This document shows, piece by piece, positions 9,085-18,370 of a stretch of 64,000 bases of DNA. Numbering within the stretch: position 1 is the stretch's first letter; each line of letters begins with the position of its first letter. The position numbers were made by a program, and so were the translations under genes. The notes under the pieces were generated by a model that was not told where the DNA came from, did no database searches, and saw only the letters and a list, made by a program, of their open reading frames with translations. Source of the stretch: Gammaproteobacteria bacterium (GTDB lineage Bacteria; Pseudomonadota; Gammaproteobacteria; Eutrophobiales; Eutrophobiaceae); NCBI GenBank assembly GCA_965116495.1, contig OZ220696.1, positions 2,624,001 to 2,688,000 on the forward strand, in the 5' to 3' direction.

Positions 9085-10902
9085 CTACTTCACATCCAGT
9101 TTGCCGGTTATGGAAACAGTCTGACTCTTCATATCTGTCGATTGCGTCTCAATGCCCAGTGACGCAGAACTATTCAGTTTGGTTTTTTTTGTGGTCAGGT
9201 CCAGAGATTCTTTCGTATCCAGCTTGGTTTTTTTTGTGGTCAGGTCCAAAGATTCTTTTGTATCCAGCTTGGTTTTTTTGACAGCCATTTCCAGGGTCTC
9301 CGCCGCTTGCAACTGTATATCTTTTTTTACCTCAACCGTAAGACTGCCCTCATCACCGCCAGTCAGTACAAGCCCGTTGCCGGCGGAAGCAACCATATCT
9401 ATTTCCGCCGGATCGGCAGATTTATCAAAACGCAGGCTCATATCTTCATCTATAATGAAACCCTTGAACTTGTATCCCATGCTGTCATCAATCACCTCAT
9501 CGGGCGGCTTGTTTTTCGGGTTATGCATTGATCCAAGGATGACCGGTTGACGAGGATCGTTATTGACAAACCCCAATATGACTTCATCATCGGGCTCAGG
9601 GTGAAAAAAGGCGCCGCGTCCTGCGCCGGCGTCGACTTTGCCCAATCTTGCCAGGACGATATTGTCTGTATCACCGTTAGCGTCCGCCGTAGAAGAAAAC
9701 GCGGGTATCAATACCGGGATCCGGAATTTTCCTGCCTGATCTTTACTGAATTCCTGGACAATTCCAACCTGCAAACCGTGGATACCCGGCACCAGACCAG
9801 CCGCATCAACGTCCACCATAGTACGGATATGCTGTAACCAACCTGCTGATAACCCGAATTGGACATGGGTTTGCCAGCCTTCTGCGCTGAGCTGGTGGCG
9901 TGTAGCAGAAACAATCGTCCTGCCGTTAAACCGCTCATTCAATCCTTTAAATTCTATGGTATCTCCCGGTTTCAGCCCGGCCGTACCCGGAAGAGTGAGC
10001 GTGCCCCGGTACAGTGACAACAGAGATTGCCGCAGCCTGGCGCTGGCCCAGGATTCAACTTCTGCCGCATCGATATCCACTAATGACTGCAACCTGACTT
10101 CCGGTATACCTAGGGCCTGGGCCAACTCGGCCGGAGTCAGGTCTCCTTGCTCCAGCCCCGTTGCCTGGGATTGTTCTGCCTGTAAGGATTGTTGTTCCGT
10201 CAGGTCCCAGCCGGATGTTGTAAGTGCAGGTATTTGATCCAGGATACTGATTTCCATATCAAATGAGTAGTAACTTTCTATAGAAAAATCCAGTGTAAAA
10301 TCAGCTGCCGGCTTGGCCTCGGGCGTTATGACAGATAGACGATTATCATCACAAAGCACCCAGCGTCCATTTGCTGCGGCGCGGGACAACATGAAATCCC
10401 AATCAACACAGTAATACTGCACCATTTCGCTGCTGTGCTGATAATCACCCATGTCAATGGAACCAGGTTCAACTTTGTCGTAAGAGCTGATAATGTTTTC
10501 GACGATTTGTGTGTCCGTCATTTTTTCCGGATAGACAACATTTCGGCGAACCCTGGTCATGCCAATTGCAGGTGCTTTAAAGGTTAAAGTCAAATATGCC
10601 CCTTTAATCGACATCCTGATACGATGCTTGACCAGAATCCCTTTAAATACCTGTTTATCCACGCTTCGGGATTGCTCCAGGTAACCCAACCTGATTTCAA
10701 ACTCGTTCCCTGGTTTAAAAAATTCCGCATCACTGATATCGAGAAAGAGCAGGCCGGTGGACGAGTTGCCGGAATCCAGGATGGTAACCTGCGCCGAAGT
10801 AATCTTATTCACTATCTTGTCGATATCGACTGACATGACTTCATAACGAGCATCCATCTCTTTTCCATCGCTCAGGATGGTGACAACCGGCGCGCCTGGC
10901 AT
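9085..10902 (-). CDS. VgrG-like spike/hub (Afp8-like)
   Basis: QYYCVDWDFMLSRA, GLQVGIV, GRGAFFHPEPDDEVILGFVNNDPRQPVILGSMHN. Confidence 0.92.
   Translation of the reverse strand: MPGAPVVTILSDGKEMDARYEVMSVDIDKIVNKITSAQVTILDSGNSSTGLLFLDISDAEFFKPGNEFEIRLGYLEQSRSVDKQVFKGILVKHRIRMSIKGAYLTLTFKAPAIGMTRVRRNVVYPEKMTDTQIVENIISSYDKVEPGSIDMGDYQHSSEMVQYYCVDWDFMLSRAAANGRWVLCDDNRLSVITPEAKPAADFTLDFSIESYYSFDMEISILDQIPALTTSGWDLTEQQSLQAEQSQATGLEQGDLTPAELAQALGIPEVRLQSLVDIDAAEVESWASARLRQSLLSLYRGTLTLPGTAGLKPGDTIEFKGLNERFNGRTIVSATRHQLSAEGWQTHVQFGLSAGWLQHIRTMVDVDAAGLVPGIHGLQVGIVQEFSKDQAGKFRIPVLIPAFSSTADANGDTDNIVLARLGKVDAGAGRGAFFHPEPDDEVILGFVNNDPRQPVILGSMHNPKNKPPDEVIDDSMGYKFKGFIIDEDMSLRFDKSADPAEIDMVASAGNGLVLTGGDEGSLTVEVKKDIQLQAAETLEMAVKKTKLDTKESLDLTTKKTKLDTKESLDLTTKKTKLNSSASLGIETQSTDMKSQTVSITGKLDVK
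9177..9280. repeat. 45-bp tandem repeat (~2.3 copies) in spike C-terminus
   Basis: Encodes KKTKLDTKESLDLTT twice plus KKTKL; T7-T8 runs on + strand in each unit. Confidence 0.9.
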
Positions 10903-10907
10903 ACTGC

Positions 10908-11669
10908 TTAATTCTCTAATCGCGGAATTTGAATGGTACTGCCTTGTCTCAACTTCCTGAAATTGTCATAGCCATTGACCCGGGCCAAGTGAAGATAATA
11001 GGTGGGGTCACCGTAAATATTCTTTGCCAATTGGGGCAGGGTATCACTGCTTTTCACAGTGAGGAAGCGAGTCAGGTCGGGCGATGAGGTGCCTTCTTCC
11101 GCCTTGCGTTTTTTCACTGATTTGTCCTCTACCAGGCTCAGGCGCACCTCGGCCCGCAACGGGTCCCCATTACGGGCAAATAATGTATAGGTGATATCCA
11201 CTGACTCCAGGAAACATTCAAATCCGTTGATACGACTGCCCCAGGTTACCTTCAGGTAATGTGACTGGTGTAGATCACCCTTATATTTCTGGATTAAATT
11301 CAACAACTCGGTCAACCGGGCATTGAGATCTTTGCCGGCATCGGCTACCGCATTATCCAGCGCCCCGATGCCGCTGGAAAGTGGTGTGCCAAACCCTGCC
11401 GCAGCCGCTTTCGTCACACCATAACTGGTGATGCCGGTATCATCCAGTACCAGTGTAAACTCCAGGGTTGTCGGACTGGACAGGATATATTTGTTTGCGC
11501 GGCCACTCGTTATCAGCCCTTGCAGGTGGGAATTAATATTTTTGTAATTCTGCGAAAACGACTCCGGATTAAACATCGCCTCAAATTGTCCTGCAAGCTT
11601 CGTCCGTTCTTCATTATCGAAAGCTTCGATCAATAACTTTTGCAGTTTAAAAGGATTAGGTAATGCCAT
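10908..11669 (-). CDS. tube initiator / LysM protein (Afp7-like)
   Basis: MFNPESF, YTLFARNGDPLRAEV, SSPDLT and C-terminal LysM-like DTLPQLAKNIYGDP. Confidence 0.9.
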   Translation of the reverse strand: MALPNPFKLQKLLIEAFDNEERTKLAGQFEAMFNPESFSQNYKNINSHLQGLITSGRANKYILSSPTTLEFTLVLDDTGITSYGVTKAAAAGFGTPLSSGIGALDNAVADAGKDLNARLTELLNLIQKYKGDLHQSHYLKVTWGSRINGFECFLESVDITYTLFARNGDPLRAEVRLSLVEDKSVKKRKAEEGTSSPDLTRFLTVKSSDTLPQLAKNIYGDPTYYLHLARVNGYDNFRKLRQGSTIQIPRLEN

Positions 11670-11675
11670 TTTTAT

Positions 11676-11828
11676 TTACCTGACGTCGTCTTCGCTTGTA
11701 TGGACGATATTCAATACCTGTTCGACTGTTTCCTGGATGAGTTCATTTTTTACAGTCTGGGGGAGCAGTTCATCCTTCCTGTTGTCGATCACGGCCTTGA
11801 TGATCAACTCTTTTACTACCACGGCCAT
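11676..11828 (-). CDS. small eCIS protein (Afp6/DUF5908-like), 50 aa
   Basis: Below ORF-track cutoff; MAVVVKELIIKAVID...ELIQETVEQVLNIV, in the Afp6 position between tube and Afp7. Confidence 0.8.
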   Translation of the reverse strand: MAVVVKELIIKAVIDNRKDELLPQTVKNELIQETVEQVLNIVHTSEDDVR

Positions 11829-11830
11829 AC

Positions 11831-12289
11831 TCAGACTCTCACACTTTGAAAACGGGTATATGCCAGTTCCATCGTGTCAATAACCACATCATTGTTGTTG
11901 CCACTCAGGTCGGAGGTGGCCCATTTGACGGGATAGGCTTTGAGAAACAACCAACTGGCTCCAAGGGTAGGAAAACCGTGAGTGTCCAGTAATGTCACCA
12001 CCACATTGGACGGAGAAAATTTTAACGTGCTCATGGCCGTATTAAATTCAATATTCAGCGGTGAACCGACTATAAGACCCCGAGTCAGAACAAGGTTGCC
12101 ATAATTAACGCGATCAGGCAGTCGATGCGTGAATAAATTCTGTCCGCCCTCTCTAACGTCTGATGTTGATATATCCGCAGAGATACCGGAAACGCTTTGA
12201 AAACGCAGGTCTAACGGGTTAGGCACAGCGCCGCCAATAAGGAAAAACACGCCAAAGCGATAATCGACATGGAATCGGGGTTCGACCAT
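11831..12289 (-). CDS. tail tube protein, T4 gp19 family (Afp5-like)
   Basis: FQSVSGIS, REGGQN, YGNLVLTRG, AYPVKW, IDTMELAY. Confidence 0.92.
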   Translation of the reverse strand: MVEPRFHVDYRFGVFFLIGGAVPNPLDLRFQSVSGISADISTSDVREGGQNLFTHRLPDRVNYGNLVLTRGLIVGSPLNIEFNTAMSTLKFSPSNVVVTLLDTHGFPTLGASWLFLKAYPVKWATSDLSGNNNDVVIDTMELAYTRFQSVRV

Positions 12290-12453
12290 GATTAGCTCCT
12301 GTAGGTATCAGTTGCAATCCCACTAAACCGGGGGTGAGGACCTGCTTTTATGAACCAGGGATCTGCAGCAGGAAGTTACGGCCCTTCCTGCTACTCACCA
12401 CTGATTAAATTTGATAGCGCAATATGAACATTGCACTTGATTTTTCATTGCGA

Positions 12454-12900
12454 TCAGAAATCAACAGTAACCTGGTCGGCAATGATGTTGATGGTCTCAA
12501 TGCTGATCTCATTACTTGAACCGCTGAAATCCGGAACGCTCATGCTGGTTGGGAAACAATTAAACACTTTCCAGGTAACAATGGGGTTTTCTCCGGCGTC
12601 ATCAGTGAGGCTTATGGTCAGGTCTTTTTTCTCGACCACATTGAGATTGATGCTCTTGAGCCAATCGTACAACTGACTGGCCTGCCTGACGACACCCCTG
12701 CTCATGGTAACGGAGATTTCATCAACCTGTCTGCCAGGCATACGTATAATGCCCGAACCATCATAATAGGTAATGTTTTGTACACCATAATCGCCCACGT
12801 TGACATCCTGAAAACGATACTGGTCACCACCCAGGTCAACGGTGTATCGATAAGCAGGTACGGGAAAGTCATTGATAATATCTTGTGCAGTAGTTGCCAT
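12454..12900 (-). CDS. major tail tube protein, gp19 family (Afp1-like)
   Basis: PVPAYRY, KKDLTISLTD, TWKVFNCFP, SNEISIE. Confidence 0.92.
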   Translation of the reverse strand: MATTAQDIINDFPVPAYRYTVDLGGDQYRFQDVNVGDYGVQNITYYDGSGIIRMPGRQVDEISVTMSRGVVRQASQLYDWLKSINLNVVEKKDLTISLTDDAGENPIVTWKVFNCFPTSMSVPDFSGSSNEISIETINIIADQVTVDF

Positions 12901-12925
12901 GATTTAATTTCCTCTTGATTTAGCT

Positions 12926-12953
12926 AAAAACACAGGCGCTTCCAGGAAGCGCC
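12926..12953 (-). terminator. possible internal terminator/hairpin before tube gene
   Basis: GGCGCTTCC-t-GGAAGCGCC followed by TGTGTTTTT on minus strand. Confidence 0.45.
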
Positions 12954-13077
12954 CATCCAACAACAGTGTGATGTTAAATTAATCGGTTTCTGACAGGCAG
13001 TGACGAACTGCCTGAACCAATTCATGATCAGTGATGAATACAGCTTACGCAGAATTATTTTCCCCGGGCTTTGCTAT

Positions 13078-14697
13078 TCAGGCTTCTCGCAGGAGATGAG
13101 TGATCGTCATGGCAACGAATTCTGCCGGTCTTACCGCTGCTATACCTACGGAAATATTCAAACGCCCCTCGAGAATGTCCCTGTCATCCATTGTTTCTCC
13201 CAGGCCTGCTCTTACGAAATAGGCTTCTTCAGCGGTTGAGCCATTCAACGCGCCGACGGACCAAAGCTCATCAAGATAAGCGATAAGCATGGTTTTAATC
13301 TTTAACCAGGTGAAGGCATTATTAGGCTCGAAAACAGAAAAGGCAGTGGACCTTCTGACGTCACTCTCTACCTTGATAAACAATCGTCTGACTGAAATAT
13401 AACGCCACTCTTTACTATTACCGTCAAGTGTCCTCGCTCCCCAGATGAGCGTTCCCTTGTTGGTAAAACTTCGAACAGCATTGATGGACTTGCCATCCGG
13501 CGAAACATTAAGACTTTCCTGATCCGCATTATTAATATGTTCAACCGGACCGGTGACGTCACTGATAATCACATTGGCAGGGGCCTTCCACGGACCCGAT
13601 CCAATATCCGTTTTCGAGTATGCCGCGGCAACAACGCCGCTTGGAGGAAGTATCAGTTTATCCTGGCTGAGAGCGCTCACGACATTATCGTAAACAGGCG
13701 GATTATCAATTTTAATCCTGACTTCGCCCAGCTTGGCAAGCTCTTGATCGTACTTAAAATCCGCCACCTGTTGTGACAGAAAAACCGACCCTGTTCCTGC
13801 AACTTCGATGTGAAAGTTTCCGCGCTCACCGACTTTCTGCCAGGCCTCAATGATGGTGGAAGGCGCCGACCCTGAACCTGTCCCAACAGCCAGTGTTATA
13901 TTATTTTCATCTACTCTGATAGAGGGTATATCTGTCTGTCCGCCCACAGTGTCAGTAATAGTAATAGTCGCCCCAGCACTGGACGGGCCGGCATAAGTCA
14001 CGCGGATATTGTTTCTTTTTTCGAATAACCCGTAACTATGTCTTACAGACACCTGCATTTCATCATGAGGATGGCTGAATGTCGTGTTCAGGTAGGGATA
14101 ATAGGCAGATCCATAACTGAGATTATCGACACCGATATGCTTCCTGAAGGCCGTAACGTCGTTATTTTGTACATCCAGGATAACAAAGCGATTTTTCAGC
14201 TCGTTGCACTGCGCTAATGCGGATTTACAAAGCGTGTAATAATCAGCATCACTTAAATTAACAGCATCTGTTAATACGATGAGTGTCGGTCCTTCTTCAT
14301 TCTTCAGAACAGACAATGCATTAACGAAATGGTCCATGCTGATCGATGCTGAGTAACTCCCTACCGATAAGATATAACAGTTACCGCCTCCATTTCTGAA
14401 ATACAAATCAATACTTCGGTATAAATGGTTGGATGTTTCTGTACCAGTAATTTTTACTACTGTACCTTCCAGATCAACACAAACTTCAGCGTTGTGGTAC
14501 TTTGCGCCGCCGAAATACGATTCATAGTCAAGTAGTGAACCTACCGGGGTCAGAACATTCGTCAGATTGTTGCCGTGAATATCAATCGCTTTTTCCGTAT
14601 AACCGATGAACACGGGTAGAGCCGTTGCGCCGGAGTCTATTGATAACGGCTGAACGGTTTGTTCTTCCAAATAACTGTTTGGGGTGCTGAATGACAA
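13078..14697 (-). CDS. contractile tail sheath protein 3
   Basis: PVFIGYT, YFRNGGGNCYILSVG, WKAPAN, WGARTL, AAVRPAEF; TTG start. Confidence 0.93.
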   Translation of the reverse strand: MSFSTPNSYLEEQTVQPLSIDSGATALPVFIGYTEKAIDIHGNNLTNVLTPVGSLLDYESYFGGAKYHNAEVCVDLEGTVVKITGTETSNHLYRSIDLYFRNGGGNCYILSVGSYSASISMDHFVNALSVLKNEEGPTLIVLTDAVNLSDADYYTLCKSALAQCNELKNRFVILDVQNNDVTAFRKHIGVDNLSYGSAYYPYLNTTFSHPHDEMQVSVRHSYGLFEKRNNIRVTYAGPSSAGATITITDTVGGQTDIPSIRVDENNITLAVGTGSGSAPSTIIEAWQKVGERGNFHIEVAGTGSVFLSQQVADFKYDQELAKLGEVRIKIDNPPVYDNVVSALSQDKLILPPSGVVAAAYSKTDIGSGPWKAPANVIISDVTGPVEHINNADQESLNVSPDGKSINAVRSFTNKGTLIWGARTLDGNSKEWRYISVRRLFIKVESDVRRSTAFSVFEPNNAFTWLKIKTMLIAYLDELWSVGALNGSTAEEAYFVRAGLGETMDDRDILEGRLNISVGIAAVRPAEFVAMTITHLLREA

Positions 14698-15438
14698 TTA
14701 TTATTCCCTCATTAAAAAATATTCGCCCAGGCTCCTGGCAATATGCATTGTTAAAATCCTGGTTTCGAAATTCGCCTGGAAAAGAAACTGGGAGTACTAC
14801 GACTCCTGCAGTTTATGGGTAAAGGTGAAGACCACAAATTCCGCCGGACGTACCGCTGCCGCACCGACTGTAACGTTCAGGCGGCCCTCCAGAATATCCT
14901 GCTCATCCATCGTCTCACCCAAGCCAACCCGGACAAAGAAGGCCTCATCCGCGGTAGCGCCCGCCAAGCCCCCATCCTGCCAGAGCCTGGTCAGGTAACT
15001 TTCAACCTGGGTCCGTAATTTGGTCCAGGTGATGGCGTTATTCGGTTCAAACACGGCATAGGAAGTAGCCCGCCTGATGTCGCTCTCCATCTGGATAAAT
15101 AAGCGCCTGACCGGAATATAGCGCCATTCGTTGCTGTTGCCGGCCAGGGTGCGGGCGCCCCACACCAGTGTGCCTTTGCCATTGAAGGCGCGAATCGCAT
15201 TGATCGATTTGCCGGCCGTTGCATCGACGTTTAAACCTGCTTGTTCACTGTTACTGATTTTGACTGAAGGTTCAGTAACGGCATTCAAACTGACATTAGC
15301 GGGCGCCTTCCAGGAGCCGATGGAATGGTCAACAGCAGCTATCACACCTGCAATTGCTGCACTGGGTGGCATTGTTACTGTCTGTCGGGATAAAAGTGAC
15401 GAAATATTATGGTAATGATCCGATGTTTGAGCACCTAA

Positions 15439-17525
15439 CCCAAGTTTACCAATCTAAAAAATAAATCGTTATATGTCAATGGGTTAGATTGACATAATTC
15501 CGCTTATGGCACTACATTCGCGCCATGTTGCGGACGCTGTACTCAGACGATCTCTTTCTGCGTACCGCCGGGTGGTCCACGAATTCCCAAGGCGTCCAGG
15601 ATGGCCTGTTGCGGCGGTTCCGGACGGGTGGCCTTGCGCACGTGCACGGTACGTCCGTCTTTGCGCCGGACCGTGGCGGTCACCCGCTGACGGGCGCCGA
15701 GGATGCGCCGCAGCGTGGTCCAACTTGCGTTGCGGCAGGATTCATCGCCGTGCGCGGCCAGACGACGGCGGACCACCTGGACCAGTTGGTAGGCGATGAC
15801 GGTGATGAACAAGTGGCCCTCGGCGCGCCGGGGACTCTGGTGATAGATGGGGCGCAATCCCAGCTCGGATTTCAAGGCGCGGAACACTGCTTCGATGTCG
15901 GTGAGCAGGGTGTAGGTCTGCCACAGCCGCGCCTCATCCCAGTCGGTGAGGTTGCTGCGCAGGCAATAGATGCCGGGGTGGGTGAGCATCGAGCCGGTGA
16001 CCGGCTGGCGCTGCCAGCGTACGGCCACGGCCCGTTGGCCCTTGGCATCGGTGTCGACCTCGATGGTATAGTGCTGGCCGATGCCGTGGCTGCGGGCTTT
16101 CAAGCGTCCGATACGTTCCCGGACGTAGCCTGGCTGCTTGCGCGTACGCGGCCGGGACAGGCCCTCGTGCAGCGCGCTGAGGCCCTGCTCAAAGCGCGCC
16201 ATGAAGCGTTCGGCGATGGCGCGCTCTTTCTCGGCCCGCGCCGCCGAGTAACAGTACAGGCGCACCTCACCGGCCTTGGCATCGGCCACCTGCTCCAGTT
16301 GGACCGTCTCGCCCCCACGGGTACGATGGGCCAGGGCGGCGTCCACGTCGAACCGGCGCTGTTGTTCCCGGCTCACCACGATGTAACGGTAGTCGTTATC
16401 CTTGAGCCAGGTGACCTGCGCCTCGGTGGCGATGCCCCGGTCGAGAATGACCAAGGCCCCCGGCGGGGTCTTGAGCGCCTCCAGCATCCCGGCCAGGGTG
16501 GTCTCCTCGCGCACGTTGCCGGCAAACACCCGTGAACGGCGCACGAAGCCGCTCGCATCGAGCACCAGCCCCAGGGTGAGCAGCTTGCAGTCGCTGCGTT
16601 TCTCTTTCGAATGGCCGCGCTGCGCCAGCGGCTGCCCGTGGGCCTCGCCCTCGTAGTAGGTGTTGGTCAGGTCATACAGGGTGACCGTCGGCGCCAGGTC
16701 AAACAAGTCCATGGCCTGCGCGAACAGGTGTGTCTCAATGACCGCACGGTGTTTGAGCAGCGCATCGGAAGCCCGGTACAACTGCATGGCGCCCATGCGT
16801 TCGAAGTTCACGTCCAGCAACTCGCCCAGGGCACTGCGCTCGCATAACCAGGCATGGGTGGCCCGCTCCGAGGCCGGGCACGCCAGCCGGCCCACGATGG
16901 AGCCGATGGTGGCGGCGCGCAGGGATGCATTGACGCCCTGTGCCGCGAGTAACTCGTCCAGCCCCACCTGTGCCAGGGCCCACAACCCCACCTGCTCCAC
17001 GCCCACGCTGCGCGGGCGGGTCAAGGCCAGCGAGTCCAGATCGACTGCCATCCACGCCGGCGCCGTTCCCGTCTCGTCCGGTCGAGACCGGGCCAGCAGT
17101 TGGGCGCTAATCTGTTGTGCCGCACTCTCCACGCCGGCGGGCAGGCTCGCCAGCAGCGACGTCTGGCCCTGGCGCAACGCCTCAATACGTTGGCACAGGG
17201 TCGGCCAGTGTTGTTTGTCGATAGCAAACTCGCTGCCGAGGTTCAGCAGGGTGCGTTGGCGCACCTTGGTGCCCGCGCGCTCACTGTGCACCAGGCGGTG
17301 GGAGTAATAGGCCTGGCCGTCGGTACGGCGGGTGAGGGTACGGCGGATGAACATAGGGGGAGAGGATACCGCTCTACCACACCGATGTCAATATAAATAT
17401 TCATATTATGGCACTACAATGGCCAGACAACCCGTCACTCACCAAAAATCAATGCGTTACGATGACGAACCCGGCAGAAAATAGCAACATCCAACTAAAT
17501 GCCAGTGAATCTTGGTAAACTTGGG
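15439..17525 (-). mobile_element. IS1634-family insertion sequence
   Basis: Perfect 14-bp terminal IRs CCCAAGTTTACCAA (15439-15452) / TTGGTAAACTTGGG (17512-17525); CTAA duplicated at 15435-15438 and 17526-17529; visibly GC-richer than flanks. Confidence 0.9.
15543..17354 (-). CDS. IS1634-family DDE transposase
   Basis: YDLTNTYYEG, GHSKEKRSD, ILDRGI, IEAVFRALKSELGLRPIYH. Confidence 0.9.
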   Translation of the reverse strand: MFIRRTLTRRTDGQAYYSHRLVHSERAGTKVRQRTLLNLGSEFAIDKQHWPTLCQRIEALRQGQTSLLASLPAGVESAAQQISAQLLARSRPDETGTAPAWMAVDLDSLALTRPRSVGVEQVGLWALAQVGLDELLAAQGVNASLRAATIGSIVGRLACPASERATHAWLCERSALGELLDVNFERMGAMQLYRASDALLKHRAVIETHLFAQAMDLFDLAPTVTLYDLTNTYYEGEAHGQPLAQRGHSKEKRSDCKLLTLGLVLDASGFVRRSRVFAGNVREETTLAGMLEALKTPPGALVILDRGIATEAQVTWLKDNDYRYIVVSREQQRRFDVDAALAHRTRGGETVQLEQVADAKAGEVRLYCYSAARAEKERAIAERFMARFEQGLSALHEGLSRPRTRKQPGYVRERIGRLKARSHGIGQHYTIEVDTDAKGQRAVAVRWQRQPVTGSMLTHPGIYCLRSNLTDWDEARLWQTYTLLTDIEAVFRALKSELGLRPIYHQSPRRAEGHLFITVIAYQLVQVVRRRLAAHGDESCRNASWTTLRRILGARQRVTATVRRKDGRTVHVRKATRPEPPQQAILDALGIRGPPGGTQKEIV

Positions 17526-18370
17526 CTAAGTTACCGCTTAGCCCAGCGCCGGAAACTGTTACTGAACTGTCCGTATAACGATAGCGCAGTGTTGTCTTCA
17601 AGCAGGGATAATAGGCCGCCCCGTAATTCAAATTGTTAATTCCGACACTATTACTTCTGAAATTCCCGTCATCATTTTTTGGAATCTTACTTCCTGCTGG
17701 TTTTTGATAAACGTCCATCAGCGCAAACCGATCCTGTAATGCAGCACAATGCGCCAAGGCGTGATCGCAAACCAATTTATAATCACCGTATGCATCTTCG
17801 AGAATTTCCGCAGTCGTTTCACTACCCTTAAGGGATGCTGGCTCAACTACCAGCCCCACGGCATCGACAGGGACGATCAGAGTTGGTCCATCTTCAGCCT
17901 TTAGTTTATCGATACCAGCGTTAATGGCTGCTGCTGTTTTGTCACTTGCCGTGGTTGTTCCGCCGTTGCTGCCTACGGATACGATGTAACAATCACCGCC
18001 GCCATTAGCGCAGAAAAGTTGCAGGCTGTGATACATTTGATACTTCAGAGCAGGAGAGTCAACCGTATAAGTAGGAGGGGTACTCTGCGCATTCACGCTA
18101 ACATTAAATTCTGTTTTCTCCGCGAAGCCAAACAGGCTTTCATACTCGCGCATGGAACGGATCCGGGTCGGCACATTGGCCAAATCATTTCCATCAGCGT
18201 CTACAGCTATATCGGTATAGCCGATAAAGGCGGGCACGGCAGTATCGGCTGTGACGACTGATGGGGGCAAAACGGATTTTTCCTGAATATATACGTCAGG
18301 TGTTTTAAAAGTCATTGTAGAGTCCTCATGTTGAACAAAATAAAGAAATGTGTAGTCGTATGTACGTTTA

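Larger units (their letters stand above)
14797..18315 (-). pseudogene. contractile tail sheath protein 2, interrupted by IS
   Basis: 5' part 18315-17526 (MTFKTPDVY...GLSGNL) and 3' part 15434-14797 (GAQTSDHY...KLQES) join in frame to a 475-aa sheath once the IS and one CTAA are removed. Confidence 0.9.

Noticed and set aside
9177-9280. CRISPR-like repeat
   Set aside because: Tandem coding repeat with no spacers.
15525-16535. 336-aa + strand ORF
   Set aside because: Antisense shadow of the GC-rich transposase.
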